The notes beneath the pieces were generated by a model. That model was given only the letters and a program-made list of their open reading frames with translations. It had not been told where the DNA came from and searched no databases. Below, piece after piece: positions 36,039 through 51,000 of a stretch of 64,000 nucleotides of DNA. Positions within the stretch are counted from its first letter, which is position 1. Each line of letters opens with the position of its first letter. Made by a program: the position numbers and the translations under genes. Source of the stretch: Nemertoderma westbladi (lineage: Eukaryota > Animalia > Xenacoelomorpha); NCBI GenBank assembly GCA_032718475.1, contig JAUCBJ010004046.1, positions 53,648-117,647 on the forward strand, given 5' to 3'.

Positions 36039-39000
36039 AACAATGTATGGATGATGTTGGATTAGATCCAATACCAGAACCAGAACCACCTATCTTTACA
36101 AGTTTACTTAATCTGAGGCGAAATCTAATGGTACAACTTCCAGAAGCTATGACAAACAAGATTGTGCATCAGCCTATTTCCCCAAGAAATAAATCTGAAC
36201 AATTCCTTTCAGAAATTGATCTATTTTGTAAGGCTAATGAATATTTACAAATATTCAAGTTACTGATGACATATAACCCCGAGCAAATATTACAATGTAA
36301 ATTTGATAGAAAACAAGAATATAATAACGTGAGTATTATCTGTGCACCCTTAATCAGCATGAAGGAACCAAAATGTCAAACAGCTGTTCCATTTAAAATT
36401 ATCTTAGAACCAGTTCAGAATATTACCGAACCAATTCCGAAACAATGTCGTAAATGCCGATATCCAGTGTCTTCTGATATGATTATTGAAGCTATTCCTC
36501 GAATCGTTAAAGTGATCTTAATCTACAACCTTGAACGACTGCCAGAAATATTCATTAATTCTAATTTCAACAATGGGGGAAATGACAACAGTGATAAATC
36601 ATTTCAAGATAGTAGAACATGTGAACCTTCTTTAAAGCCACTCGTTGAAAATTTTGAAGCCAAACCTGTTACTTACCGTGAGGTTGCATTTTCAATGGCA
36701 CCATTACCTATAGTGACAGAATCAAACCCATCTACTTGCAAAACTTTCTATGCAAAACGCGATTCAACTTTAGTTAATTTACCTATTCCAATGTTTTCTA
36801 AAGAATTTTCTGAGGTCCTAAACAAAAATCAATGTGGAAATTCTGAGGATACTAATGAAAACAATGCAGAAAAGCGATCAACTTTGCATCGTGTTGAAAG
36901 TATAGATACATTCTTCTCAAAACTCCCAGAGAAGTTACCAAAACGTAGGTTTAGTGCTATACCTGTCTTGGATGATATTCGGAACCTTGAGAACCGAAAT
37001 ATTCTACCAAGATTTTCTATTACGGATAGCGATTGGTTGAGGGATCATTTGTTTACAAATGATACGGCTAATAACATGGCCGTTAGCGAAAATCAAGCTT
37101 CAGTCGATTCTGACTATTACGCTTCGAGTGAAAGTGAAGAGGCTGTGGATAAATATGCTAAACATTCATCACATTCATCAGCATCATCATCCTCTTCTCA
37201 CAAAAGGAAGAAGAAGATAAAGTTGGTCAAGCAACAGTGTACTGATGAATCATCATCAGATTCAGATTCATCATCAGATTCATCTGCGATGTCTGAAGAG
37301 AGCAATCCACTGGACAATACTCCACGATTTATTGAATCAAATGATCTTATTCAATCTGAACAAGTTTCAAAAAATATAGCGGATACTCCATCAACATTTT
37401 TACCTCCCATTCACACAATGAACCAAAATGTCAAAATGCGGCAAAATAAATTTGGTTTGCCGCGCCCATTATCATTTCCATCCAAAATCATTCATATTTC
37501 ACAACCTCAGATGAATAATGGTGAGAATCACAATACTATGGGCTACCACCCCGATTTTGCCTCTAGTAAATCTGTAAATACAAAACGAATATCTGGCATT
37601 ACTTTAAAGGGTGTTTCAGAAAACTATTCATTTGGTGAAAATCGTGATACCTTGGAGGCATTTAATGGGGCAGTTGGTAATCTAGAAGGCAATCAACAAT
37701 GGAATTCTCTCCCTAAAAATGCATCTACAGTTGATGAGAAAACAGTAAAAAAGAAGTCATTCTTTAAGTTGACTTTTCCTTCATTGCCAAAATCGCACAA
37801 ATACAAGTTATATGATACCTCGGCCATTGAAATGGAGCATAGGTCTAAAAAGAAGAAAAATAATAGTGATGCAATGCATTCGGGTAAACCAGATATGGTT
37901 CACAATTTGAATAAATGTGAAGTTGTTAACAATGACAAGCATATTGAAGTACCAGGTCAGGTATCATGGTCAAGTGATTACATATCGAAAATTGTTGTAC
38001 TTGATGGGCCGCCAAGAAGATTCTCTGACTTTGGTTATTCAAATAGAAACATGCCGGATATTAACAAAACATCACAAGATAAATTAAAACTCAATAACAT
38101 CACCAAGGCTTCTGAAATTAACAAAGATACAGTATCATTGCCATTCAAAATAAAATTTCCTCAATTTAAAATACCATCATTTAAATCTAGAAGTAAAAAA
38201 TTTAGATTGGGTAGAAGCATGACAACCACTGATGATATTGCAAATTATTCAGTCGATGACTCGCTATGTAAATCATATATTTCCAAGCCGCTGAAAGGAG
38301 TAAATGAGGAACAGCCTATTCAAAGTGAATTATTACAACTCCATCAGAAGAACAATATGGAAGATTCTGACATGCAGTTAACAACAGAAGTTTGTAAATC
38401 TGAAATAAATCCAGATACATCATATATTGCACCTGATAAAGGAGTTGATCAAGTTTATCATAAATTTCAACCCCAAATCAATGACTGTAAGTCTTCTTCT
38501 TCATTAACTACAGAGGATGAATATGATGGAATGGTAATTGAGGACAGCAGTTCAATTTCAAGTTTAGATAGTTATTATGAAATTGAAGATGTAAAGGTAA
38601 TTCATGATCCAGATAATAAGGCAGAGAAACATAAACATAAGATTATAAACCTAAAGTTGCCAAAATTTAGGAACAAGCACAAAAGAGTCAATATCAATAA
38701 AGAAAAGGCGAATGAAGTAAAAATAAGTGTTTATGCAGATAATAGTGAATCGAAATATTTTAAAATTTCAGAGCCACTTGTTGAAATAATTGAGCCTTTT
38801 CCAGTGCAAGCCAAACACGCTGTGCTTCAAAATAAACTATCTGATATTCAAAATAGTTTACGTGATGATATACTAACCTCAGAATCGTCATCATCATCAA
38901 TGTCACTATCAACAGATGACTCAGCAAATAATGATATAGATGCCGCTTTTGAAGCTGTGAGAAAGGGTACTTCTAATTCGTTTTCAGAGGCTGATAACCA

Positions 39001-42000
39001 TTACAATAATGATATTCCCATTAAGGAAGGGCATAAAATGAAATTACTAAATATAAAAATGCCTAAATTTATGAAGAGAAAGAAAAATAAGCCGAATGAT
39101 AAGTTGAATGTTAGGGAAATTATGAATGAATTTGAACACGAATTTGAAAACAACTATTTGAATATATGTGATCCCCTTATTGAAATATATGAACCAATTC
39201 CAATTCAAGCTAAATATGTCAACATGCACCGCAAATTATCTGAGATACAAATGAGCTTAAAAGATGATATACAAACGTCAGAATCTTCCCTTTCTTCATC
39301 ATCATCCGCATCCTCATCATCATCAACTGAATCTTCAGATAAAGAAAGAAGCCATTACGAAAGTGGGAATAAAAATTATATTGACCATGAAGCTATTATA
39401 CTTGATGACATTGAAGGTGGTAAGAAAGAAGCAAAATTTAATTTTCTTAGATTAAAAATCCCAAAACTCAAGCGCAAAAAGAAAAAAGCTATAATAAATA
39501 AATATAAGGTAAATTCTATGGAAGGAATTCCAAATGATAATAGAGAATCAAAACAATGGAACATTTGTGATCCAGTTATTGAAATAATAGAACCCATGCC
39601 ATTAGAGGCAAAACATATTGTTCCTCACGTTGGACTATCTGGTGAAAAAGATGTGGGAGATGACACAAATATGTCAGTTATATCTTCATCGTCCTCTTCT
39701 TCGTCATCTGATGAAACTTCTAATGAAGATAGTGAGCATGCTTTAGAAGTAATTAAAACTACCAGCTCTAGCTCATCATCAGATAGTGAAATTGAAACTA
39801 AAGATATAAAACTTGATGGTAGTGATCATGGAAAAGAAAAGACCAAAATTAAATTTCCATATATAAAAGTCCCCAAAAGGAAAAATAAGAAGAAAAGAGC
39901 TAAAATACTAGAATATAAGGTACATTATTTGGATGTAGTTGTAAGACCTGAGGTTGACCTAGAATGTGAACATTTATATGTATGCGATCCACCTGTTAAA
40001 GAAATAGTCGAACCTATATCATTCGAAGTTAAACAAAATATTCCACAGGTTATCCTATTTGGAACTCCACAACTGGAAAATGATGCAAAAAAGGGATCAT
40101 CCTCATCACCTTCAGAACCATCAGATGGTGACTCCGATTCTTCTGATGGTGAGGATGGTCATGATTTGGAAGTGAAGAGTATGGGCAGTGCCACCTCATC
40201 ATCAGATAGTTATATTGAACCAGAAGATAATCAACTTGATGGCATTGCTGGAAGTACGAAAGGAGCCAAATTTAATTTTCCAAATATAAAAATCCCAAAA
40301 CTCAAGCGCAAGAAGAAAAAAGCTAAAATAAATGAAAATAAAGTACAATCTACGAAAGAAATTATTATCCCAGATAATAATAGAGAATCACAACAATTGA
40401 ACATTTGTGATCATGTTACTGAAATAATAGAACCCATGCTATTAGAGGCAAAACATATTGTTCCTCACATTGGACTATCTGGTGAAAAAGATGTCGGAGA
40501 TGTCATAAAAAAGTCAGTTATGTCATCATCATCCTCCTCTTCTTCATCTGATGACACTTCTGATGAAGATAGTGAGCATGCTTTAGAAGTAATTAAAACT
40601 ACCAGCTCTAGCTCATCTTCAGATAGTGAATTTGAAACTAAAGATATAAAACTTGATGGTAATGAAGACGGAAAAGAAAGGACCAAAATTAAATTTCCAT
40701 ATATAAAAGTCCCCAAAAGGAAAAATAAGAAGAAAAGAGCTAAAATACTAGAAAATAAGCCAAATTATTTGGATGTAGTTGTAAGACCTGATGATGACCT
40801 AGAATGTAAACATTTATATGTATGCGATCCACCTGTTAAAGAAATAGTCGAACCTATATCATTAGAAGTTAAACAAAATATTCCACAGTTTATCATATTT
40901 AGTACACCACAACTTGAAGATGATGCAAGAAAGGGATCATCCTCATCATCTTCAGAACCATCAGATACTGACTCCAATTCTTCTGATGGTGAGGATGGTT
41001 ATGATTTGGAAGTGAAGAGTATGGGCAGTGCCACCTCATCATTAGATAGTTATATTGAACCAGAAGATAATAAACTTGATGGCATTGCTGGCAGTAAGAA
41101 AGGAGCCAAATTTAATTTTCCAAATATAAAAATCCCAAAACTCAAGCGCAAGAAGAAAAAAGCTAAAATAAATGAAAATAAAGTAGAATCTACGAAAGAA
41201 ATTATTATCCCAGATAATAATAGAGAATCAAAACAAATGAACATTTGTGATCCAGTTACTGAAATAATAAAACCCATGCCATTAGAGGCAAAACATATTG
41301 TTCCTCACGTTGGACTACCTGGTGAAAAAGATGTCGGAGATGCCACAAAAAAGTCAGTTATGTCATCATCATCCTCTTCTTCTGCATCTGATGACACTTC
41401 TGATGAAGATAGTGAGCATGCTTTAGAAGTAATTAAAACTACCAGCTCTAGCTCATCATCAGATAGTGAATTTGAAACTAAAGATATAAAACTTGATGGT
41501 AGTGATCATGGAAAAGAAAAGACCAAAATTAAATTTCCATATATAAAAGTCCCCAAAAGGAAAAATAAGAAGAAAAGGGCTAAAATACTAGAATATAAGG
41601 TACATCATTTGAGTGTAGTTGTAAGACCTGAGGATGACCTAGAATGTAAACATTTATATGTATGCGATCCACCTGTTAAAGAAATAGTGGAACCTATATC
41701 ATTAGAAGGTAAACAAAATATTCCACAGTTTATCATATTTGGTACACCACAACTTGAAGATGATGCAAGAAAGGGATCATCCTCATCATCTTCAGAACCA
41801 TCAGATGGTGACTCCGATTCTTCTGATGGTGAGGATGGTCATGATTTGGAAGTGAAGAGTATGGGCAGTGCCACCTCATCATTAGATAGTTATATTGAAC
41901 CAGAAGATAATAAACTTGATGGCATTGCTGGCAGTAAGAAAGGAGCCAAATTTAATTTTCCAACGATAAAAATCCCAAAACTCAAGCGCAAGAAGAAAAA

Positions 42001-45000
42001 AGCTAAAATAAATGAAAATAAAGTACAATCTACGAAAGAAATTATTATCCCAGATAATAATAGAGAATCAAATCAATTGAACATTTGTGATCCTGTTACT
42101 GAAATAATAGAACACATGCCATTAGAGGCAAAACATATTGTTCCTCACATTGGACTATCTGGTGAAAAAGATGTCGGAGATGCCACAAAAAAGTCAGTTA
42201 TGTCATCATCATCATCTTCTTCTTCATCTGATGACACTTCTGATGAAGATAGTGAGCATGCTTTAGAAGTAATTAAAACTACCAGCTCTAGCTCATCATC
42301 AGATAGTGAAATTGAAACTAAAGATATAAAACTTGGCAGTAGTGATCATGGAAAAGAAAAGACCAAAGTTAAATTTCCATATATAAAAGTCCCCAAAAGG
42401 AAAAATAAGAAGAAAAGAGCTAAAATACTAGAATATAAGGTACATCATTTGAGTGTAGTTGTAAGACCTGAGGATGACATAGAATCTAAACATTTATATG
42501 TATGCGATCCACCTGTTAAAGAAATAGTAGAACCTATATCATTAGAAGTTAAACAAAATATTCCACAGGTCATCCTATTTGGAACTCCACAACTTGAAAA
42601 TGATGCAAAAAAGGGATCATCCTCATCATCTTCAGAACCATCAGATGGTGACTCCGATTCTTCTGATGGTGAGGATGGTTATGATTTGGAAGTGAAGAGT
42701 ATGGGCAGTGCCACCTCATCATCAGATAGTTATATTGAACCAGAAGATAATAAACTTGATGGCATTGCTGGCAGTAAGAAAGGAGCCAAATTTAATTTTC
42801 CAACTATAAAAATCCCAAAACTCAAGCGCAAGAAGAAAAAAGCTAAAATAAATGAAAATAAAGTTCAATCTACGAAAGAAATTATTATCCCAGATAATAA
42901 TAGAGAATCAAAACAAATGAACATTTGTGATCCAGTTACTGAAATAATAGAACCCATGTCATTAGAGGCAAAACATATTGTTCCTCACATTGGACTATCT
43001 GGTGAAAAAGATGTCGGAGATGACACAAAAAAGTCTGTTATGTCATCATCATCCTCCTCTTCTTCATCTGATGACACTTCTGATGAAGATAGTGAGCATG
43101 CTTTAGAAGGAATTAAAACTACCAGCTCTAGATCATCTTCAGATAGTGAATTTGAAACTAAAGATATAAAACTTGATTGTAGTGATCATGGAAAAGAAAA
43201 GACCAAAATTAAATTTCCATATATAAAAGTCCCCAAAAGGAAAAATAAGAAGAAAAGGGCTAAAATACTAGAAAATAAGGAACATCATTTGGATGTAGTT
43301 GTAAGACCCGAGGATGACATAGAATCTAAACATTTATATGTATGCGATCCGCCTGTTAAAGAAATAGTCGAACCTATATCATTAGAAGTTAAACAAAATA
43401 TTCCACAGTTTATTATATTTGGTACACCACAACTTGAAAATGATGCAAGAAAGGGATCATCCTCATCATGTTCAGAACCATCAGATACTGACTCCGATTC
43501 TTCTGATGGTGAGGATGGTCATGCTTTGGAAGTGAAGAGTATGGGCAGTGCCACCTCATCATCAGATAGTTATATTGAACCAGAAGATAATAAACTTGAT
43601 GGCATTGCTGGCAGTAAGAAAGGAGCCAAATTTAATTTTCCAACGATAAAAATCCCAAAACTCAAGCGCAAGAAGAAAAAAGCTAAAATAAATGAAAATA
43701 AAGTACAATCTACGAAAGAAATTATTATCCCATATAATAATAGAGAATCAAATCAATTGAACATTTGTGATCCTGTTACTGAAATAATAGAACACATGCC
43801 ATTAGAGGCAAAACATATTGTTCCTCACATTGGACTATCTGGTGAAAAAGATGTCGGAGATGCCACAAAAAAGTCAGTTATGTCATCATCATCATCTTCT
43901 TCTTCATCTGATGACACTTCTGATGAAGATAGTGAGCATGCTTTAGAAGTAATTAAAACTACCAGCTCTAGCTCATCATCAGATAGTGAAATTGAAACTA
44001 AAGATATAAAACTTGGCAGTAGTGATCATGGAAAAGAAAAGACCAAAGTTAAATTTCCATATATAAAAGTCCCCAAAAGGAAAAATAAGAAGAAAAGAGC
44101 TAAAATACTAGAATATAAGGTACATCATTTGAGTGTAGTTGTAAGACCTGAGGATGACATAGAATCTAAACATTTATATGTATGCGATCCACCTGTTAAA
44201 GAAATAGTAGAACCTATATCATTAGAAGTTAAACAAAATATTCCACAGGTCATCCTATTTGGAACTCCACAACTTGAAAATGATGCAAAAAAGGGATCAT
44301 CCTCATCATCTTCAGAACCATCAGATGGTGACTCCGATTCTTCTGATGGTGAGGATGGTTATGATTTGGAAGTGAAGAGTATGGGCAGTGCCACCTCATC
44401 ATCAGATAGTTATATTGAACCAGAAGATAATAAACTTGATGGCATTGCTGGCAGTAAGAAAGGAGCCAAATTTAATTTTCCAACTATAAAAATCCCAAAA
44501 CTCAAGCGCAAGAAGAAAAAAGCTAAAATAAATGAAAATAAAGTACAATCTACAGAAGAAATTATTATCCCAGATAATAATAGAGAATCAAAACAATTGA
44601 ACATTTGTGATCCTGTTACTGAAATAATAGAACCCCTGCCATTAGAGGCAAAACATATTGTTCCTCACGTTGGACTATCTGGTGAAAAAGATGTCGGAGA
44701 TGACACAAAAAAGTCTGTTATGTTATCATCATCCTCTTCTTCGTCATCTGATGACACTTCTGATGAAGATAGTGAGCATGCTTTAGAAGTAATTAAAACT
44801 ACCAGCTCTAGCTCATCATCAGATAGTGAATTTGAAAGTAAAGATATAAAACTTGATGGTAGTTATCATGGAAAAGAAAAGACCAAAATTAAATTTCCAT
44901 ATATAAAAGTCCCCAAAAGGAAAAATAAGAAGAAAAGGGCTAAAATACTAGAAAATAAGGTACACCATTTGAGTGTAGTTGTAAGACCTGAGGATGACAT

Positions 45001-48000
45001 AGAATCTAAACATTTATATGTATGCGATCCACCTGTTAAAGAAATAGTGGAACCTATATCATTAGAAGTTAAACAAAATATTCCACAGTTTATCCTATTT
45101 GGAACTCCACAACTTGAAGATGATGCAAGAAAGGGATCATCCTCATCATCTTCAGAACCATCAGATGGTGACTCCGATTCTTCTGATGGTGAGGATGGTT
45201 ATGATTTGGAAGTGAAGAGTATGGGCAGTGCCACCTCATCATCAGATAGTCCAGAAGATAATAAACTTGATGGCATTGCTGGCAGTAAGAAAGGAGCCAA
45301 ATTTAATTTTCCAACTATAAAAATCCCAAAACTCAAGCGCAAGAAGAAAAAATCAAAAATAAATGAAAATAAAGTACAATCTACGAAAGAAATTATTATC
45401 CCAGATAGTAATAGAGAATCAAAACAAATGAACATTTGTGATCCAGTTACTGAAATAATAGAACCAATGCCATTAGAGGCAAAACATATTGTTCCTCACG
45501 TTGGACTATCTGGTGAAAAAGATGTCGGAGATGACACAAAAAAGTCTGTTATGTTATCATCATCCTCTTCTTCGTCATCTGATGACACTTCTGATGAAGA
45601 TAGTGAGCATGCTTTAGAAGTAATTAAAACTACCAGCTCTAGCTCATCATCAGATAGTGAATTTGAAAGTAAAGATATAAAACTTGATGGTAGTTATCAT
45701 GGAAAAGAAAAGACCAAAATTAAATTTCCATATATAAAAGTCCCCAAAAGGAAAAATAAGAAGAAAAGAGCTAAAATACTAGAATATAAGGTACATTATT
45801 TGGATGTAGTTGTAAGACCTGAGGATGACATAGAATCTAAACATTTATATGTATGCGATCCACCTGTTAAAGAAATAGTCGAACCTATATCATTAGAAGT
45901 TAAACAAAATATTCCACAGTTTATCCTATTTGGAACTCCACAACTTGAAGATGATGCAAGAAAGGGATCATCCTCATCATCTTCAGAACCATCAGATGGT
46001 GACTCCGATTCTTCTGATGGTGAGGATGGTTATGATTTGGAAGTGAAGAGTATGGGCAGTGCCACCTCATCATCAGATAGTCCAGAAGATAATAAACTTG
46101 ATGGCATTGCTGGCAGTAAGAAAGGAGCCAAATTTAATTTTCCAACTATAAAAATCCCAAAACTCAAGCGCAAGAAGAAAAAATCAAAAATAAATGAAAA
46201 TAAAGTACAATCTACGAAAGAAATTATTATCCCAGATAGTAATAGAGAATCAAAACAAATGAACATTTGTGATCCAGTTACTGAAATAATAGAACCAATG
46301 CCATTAGAGGCAAAACATATTGTTCATCGCGTTGGATTATCTGGTGAAAAAGATGTCGGAGATGACACAAAAAAGTCTGTTATGTCATCATCATCCTCTT
46401 CTTCTTCATCTGATGACACTTCTGATGAAGATAGTGAGCATGCTTTAGAAGTAATTAAAACTACCAGCTCTAGCTCATCATCAGATAGTGAATTTGAAAC
46501 TAAAGATATAAAACTTGATGGTAGTGATCATGGAAAAGAAAAGACCAAAATTAAATTTCCATATATAAAAGTCCCCAAAAGGAAAAATAAGAAGAAAAGA
46601 GCTAAAATACTAGAATATAAGGTACATCATTTGAGTGTAGTTGTAAGACCTGAGGATGACATAGAATCTAAACATTTATATGTATGCGATCCACCTGTTA
46701 AAGAAATAGTGGAACCTATATCATTAGAAGGTAAACAAAATATTCCACAGTTTATCATATTTGGTACACCACAACTTGAAGATGATGCAAGAAAGGGATC
46801 ATCCTCATCATCTTCAGAACCATCAGATGGTGACTCCGATTCTTCTGATGGTGAGGATGGTCATGATTTGGAAGTGAAGAGTATGGGCAGTGCTACCTCA
46901 TCATCAGATAGTTATATTGAACCAGAAGATAATAAACTTGATGGCATTGCTGGCAGTAAGAAAGGAGCCAAATTTAATTTTCCAACTATAAAAATCCCAA
47001 AACTCAAGCGTAAGAAGAAAAAAGCTAAAATAAATGAAAATAAAGTACAATCTACGAAAGAAATTATTATCCCAGATAATAATAGAGAATCAAAACAATT
47101 GAACATTTGTGATCCTGTTACTGAAATAATAGAACCCATGCCATTTGAGGCAAAACATATTGTTCCTCACATTGGACTATCTGGTGAAAAAGATGTCGGA
47201 GATGCCACAAAAAAGTCAGTTATGTCATCATCATCCTCTTCTTCTTCATCTGATGACACTTCTGATGAAGATAGTGAGCATGCTTTAGAAGTAATTAAAA
47301 CTACCAGCTCTAGCTCATCAGCAGATAGTGAAATTGAAACTAAAGATATAAAACTTGATGGTAGTGATCATGGAAAAGAAAAGACCAAAATTAAATTTCC
47401 ATATATAAAAGTCCCCAAAAGGAAAAATAAGAAGAAAAGGGCTAAAATACTAGAAAATAAGGTACACCATTTGAGTGTAGTTGTAAGACCTGAGGATGAC
47501 ATAGAATCTAAACATTTATATGTATGCGATCCACCTGTTAAAGAAATAGTGGAACCTATATCATTAGAAGTTAAACAAAATATTCCACAGTTTATCATAT
47601 TTGGTACACCACAACTTGAAGATGATGCAAGAAAGGGATCATCCTCATCATCTTCAGAACCATCAGATGGTGACTCCGATTCTTCTGATGGTGAGGATGG
47701 TCATGATTTGGAAGTGAAGAGTATGGGCAGTGCTACCTCATCATCAGATAGTTATATTGAACCAGAAGATAATAAACTTGATGGCATTGCTGGCAGTAAG
47801 AAAGGAGCCAAATTTAATTTTCCAACTATAAAAATCCCAAAACTCAAGCGTAAGAAGAAAAAAGCTAAAATAAATGAAAATAAAGTACAATCTACAGAAG
47901 AAATTATTATCCCAGATAATAATAGAGAATCAAAACAAATGAACATTTGTGATCCTGTTACTGAAATAATAGAACCCATGCCATTAGAGGCAAAACATAT

Positions 48001-51000
48001 TGTTCCTCACGTTGGACTATCTGGTGAAAAAGATGTCGGAGATGCCACAAAAAAGTCAGTTATGTCATCATCATCATCTTCTTCTTCATCTGATGACACT
48101 TCTGATGAAGATAGTGAGCATGCTTTAGAAGTAATTAAAACTACCAGCTCTAGCTCATCATCAGATAGTGAAATTGAAACTAAAGATATAAAACTTGGCA
48201 GTAGTGATCATGGAAAAGAAAAGACCAAAGTTAAATTTCCATATATAAAAGTCCCCAAAAGGAAAAATAAGAAGAAAAGAGCTAAAATACTAGAATATAA
48301 GGTACATTATTTGGATGTAGTTGTAAGACCTGAGGATGACATAGAATGTAAACATTTATATGTATGCGATCCACCTGTTAAAGAAATAGTGGAACCTATA
48401 TCATTAGAAGTTAAACAAAATATTCCACAGTTTATCATATTTGGTACACCACAACTTGAAGATGATGCAAGAAAGGGATCATCCTCATCATCTTCAGAAC
48501 CATCAGATGGTGACTCCGATTCTTCTGATGGTGAGGATGGTCATAATTTGGAAGTGAAGAGTATGGGCAGTGCCACCTCATCATCAGATAGTTATATTGA
48601 ACCAGAAGATAATAAACTTGATGGCATTGCTGGCAGTAAGAATGGAGCCAAATTTAATTTTCCAACTATAAAAATCCCAAAACTCAAGCGCAAGAAGAAA
48701 AAAGCTAAAATAAATGAAAATAAAGTAGAATCTACGAAAGAAATTATTATCCCAGATAGTAATAGAGAATCAAAACAAATGAACATTTGTAATCCAGTTA
48801 TTGATATAATAGAACCCCTGCCATTAGAGGCAAAACATATTGTTCCTCACGTTGGACTATCTGGTGAAAAAGATGTCGGAGATGACACAAAAAAGTCTGT
48901 TATGTCATCATCATCCTCTTCTTCTTCATCTGATGACAATTCTGATGAAGATAGTGAGCATGCTTTAGAAGTAATTAAAACTACCAGCTCTAGCTCATCA
49001 TCAGATAGTGAATTTGAAACTAAAGATATAAAACTTGATGGTAGTGATCATGGAAAAGAAAAGACCAAAATTAAATTTCCATATATAAAAGTCCCCAAAA
49101 GGAAAAATAAGAAGAAAAGGGCTAAAATACTAGAAAATAAGCTACATTATTTGGATGTAGTTGTAAGACCTGATGATGACCTAGAATGTAAACATTTATA
49201 TGTATGCGATCCACCTGTTAAAGAAATAGTCGAACCTATATCATTTGAAGTTAAACAAAATATTCCACAGGTTATCCTATTTGGAACTCCACAACTGGAA
49301 AATGATGCAAAAAAGGGATCATCCTCATCATCTTCAGAACCATCAGATGGTGACTCCGATTCTTCTGATGGTGAGGATGGTCATGCTTTGGAAGTGAAGA
49401 GTATGGGCAGTGCCACCTCATCATCAGATAGTTATATTGAACCAGAAGATAATAAACTTGATGGCATTGCTGGCAGTAAGAAAGAAGCCAAATTTAATTT
49501 TCCAACTATAAAAATCCCAAAACTCAAGCGCAAGAAGAAAAAAGCTAAAATAAATGAAAATAAAGAAGAATCTACGAAAGAAATTATTATCCCAGATAAT
49601 AATAGAGAATCAAAACAAATGAACATTTGTGATCCAGTTACTGAAATAATAGAACCCATGCCATTAGAGGCAAAACATATTGTTCCTCACGTTGGACTAT
49701 CTGGTGAAAAAGATGTCGGAGATGCCACAAAAAAGTCTGTTATGTCATCATCATCCTCTTCTTCTTCATCTGATGACACTTCTGTTGAAGATAGTGAGCA
49801 TGCTTTAGAAGTAATTAAAACTACCAGCTCTAGCTCATCATCAGATAGTGAATTTGAAACTAAAGATATAAAACTTGATGGTAATGATCATGGAAAAGAA
49901 AAGACAAAAATTAAATTTCCATATATAAAAGTCCCCAAAAGGAAAAATAAGAAGAAAAGAGCTAAAATACTAGAATATAAGGTACATTATTTGGATGTAG
50001 TTGTAAGACCTGATGATGACCTAGAATGTAAACATTTATATGTATGCGATCCACCTGTTAAAGAAATAGTCGAACCTATATCATTAGAAGTTAAACAAAA
50101 TATTCCACAGTTTATCATATTTGGTACACCACAACTTGAAGATGATGCAAGAAAGGGATCATCCTCATCATCTTCAGAACCATCAGATACTGACTCCAAT
50201 TCTTCTGATGGTGAGGATGGTCATGATTTGGAATTGAAGAGTATGGGCAGTGCCACCTCATCATCAGATAGTTATATTGAACCAGAAGATAATAAACTTG
50301 ATGGCATTGCTGGCAGTAAGAAAGGAGCCAAATTTAATTTTCCAACGATAAAAATGCCAAAACTCAAGCGCAAAAAGAAAAAAGCTAAAATAAATGAAAA
50401 TAAAGTAAAATCTACGAAAGAAATTATTATCCCAGATAATAATAGAGAATCAAAACAATTGAACATTTGTGATCCAGTTACTGAAATAATAGAATCCATG
50501 CCATTAGAGGCAAAACATATTGTTCCTCACGTTGCACTATCTGGTGAAAAAGATGTCGGAGATGCCACAAAAAAGTCAGTTATGTCATCATCATCCTCTT
50601 CTTCTGCATCTGATGACACTTCTGATGAAGATAGTGAGCATGCTTTAGAAGTAATTAAAATTACCAGCTCTAGCTCATCATCAGATAGTGAATTTGAAAC
50701 TAAAGAAATAAAACTTGATGGTAATGAAGACGGAAAAGAAAGGACCAAAGTTAAATTTCCATATATAAAAGTCCCCAAAAGGAAAAATAAGAAGAAAAGG
50801 GCTAAAATACTAGAAAATAAAGTTCATTATTTGGATGTAGTTGTAAGACCTGATGATGACCTAGAATGTAAACATTTATATGTATGCGATCCACCTGTTA
50901 AAGAAATAGTCGAACCTATATCATTAGAAGTTAAACAAAATATTCCACAGTTTATCATATTTGGTACACCACAACTTGAAGATGATGCAAGAAAGGGATC

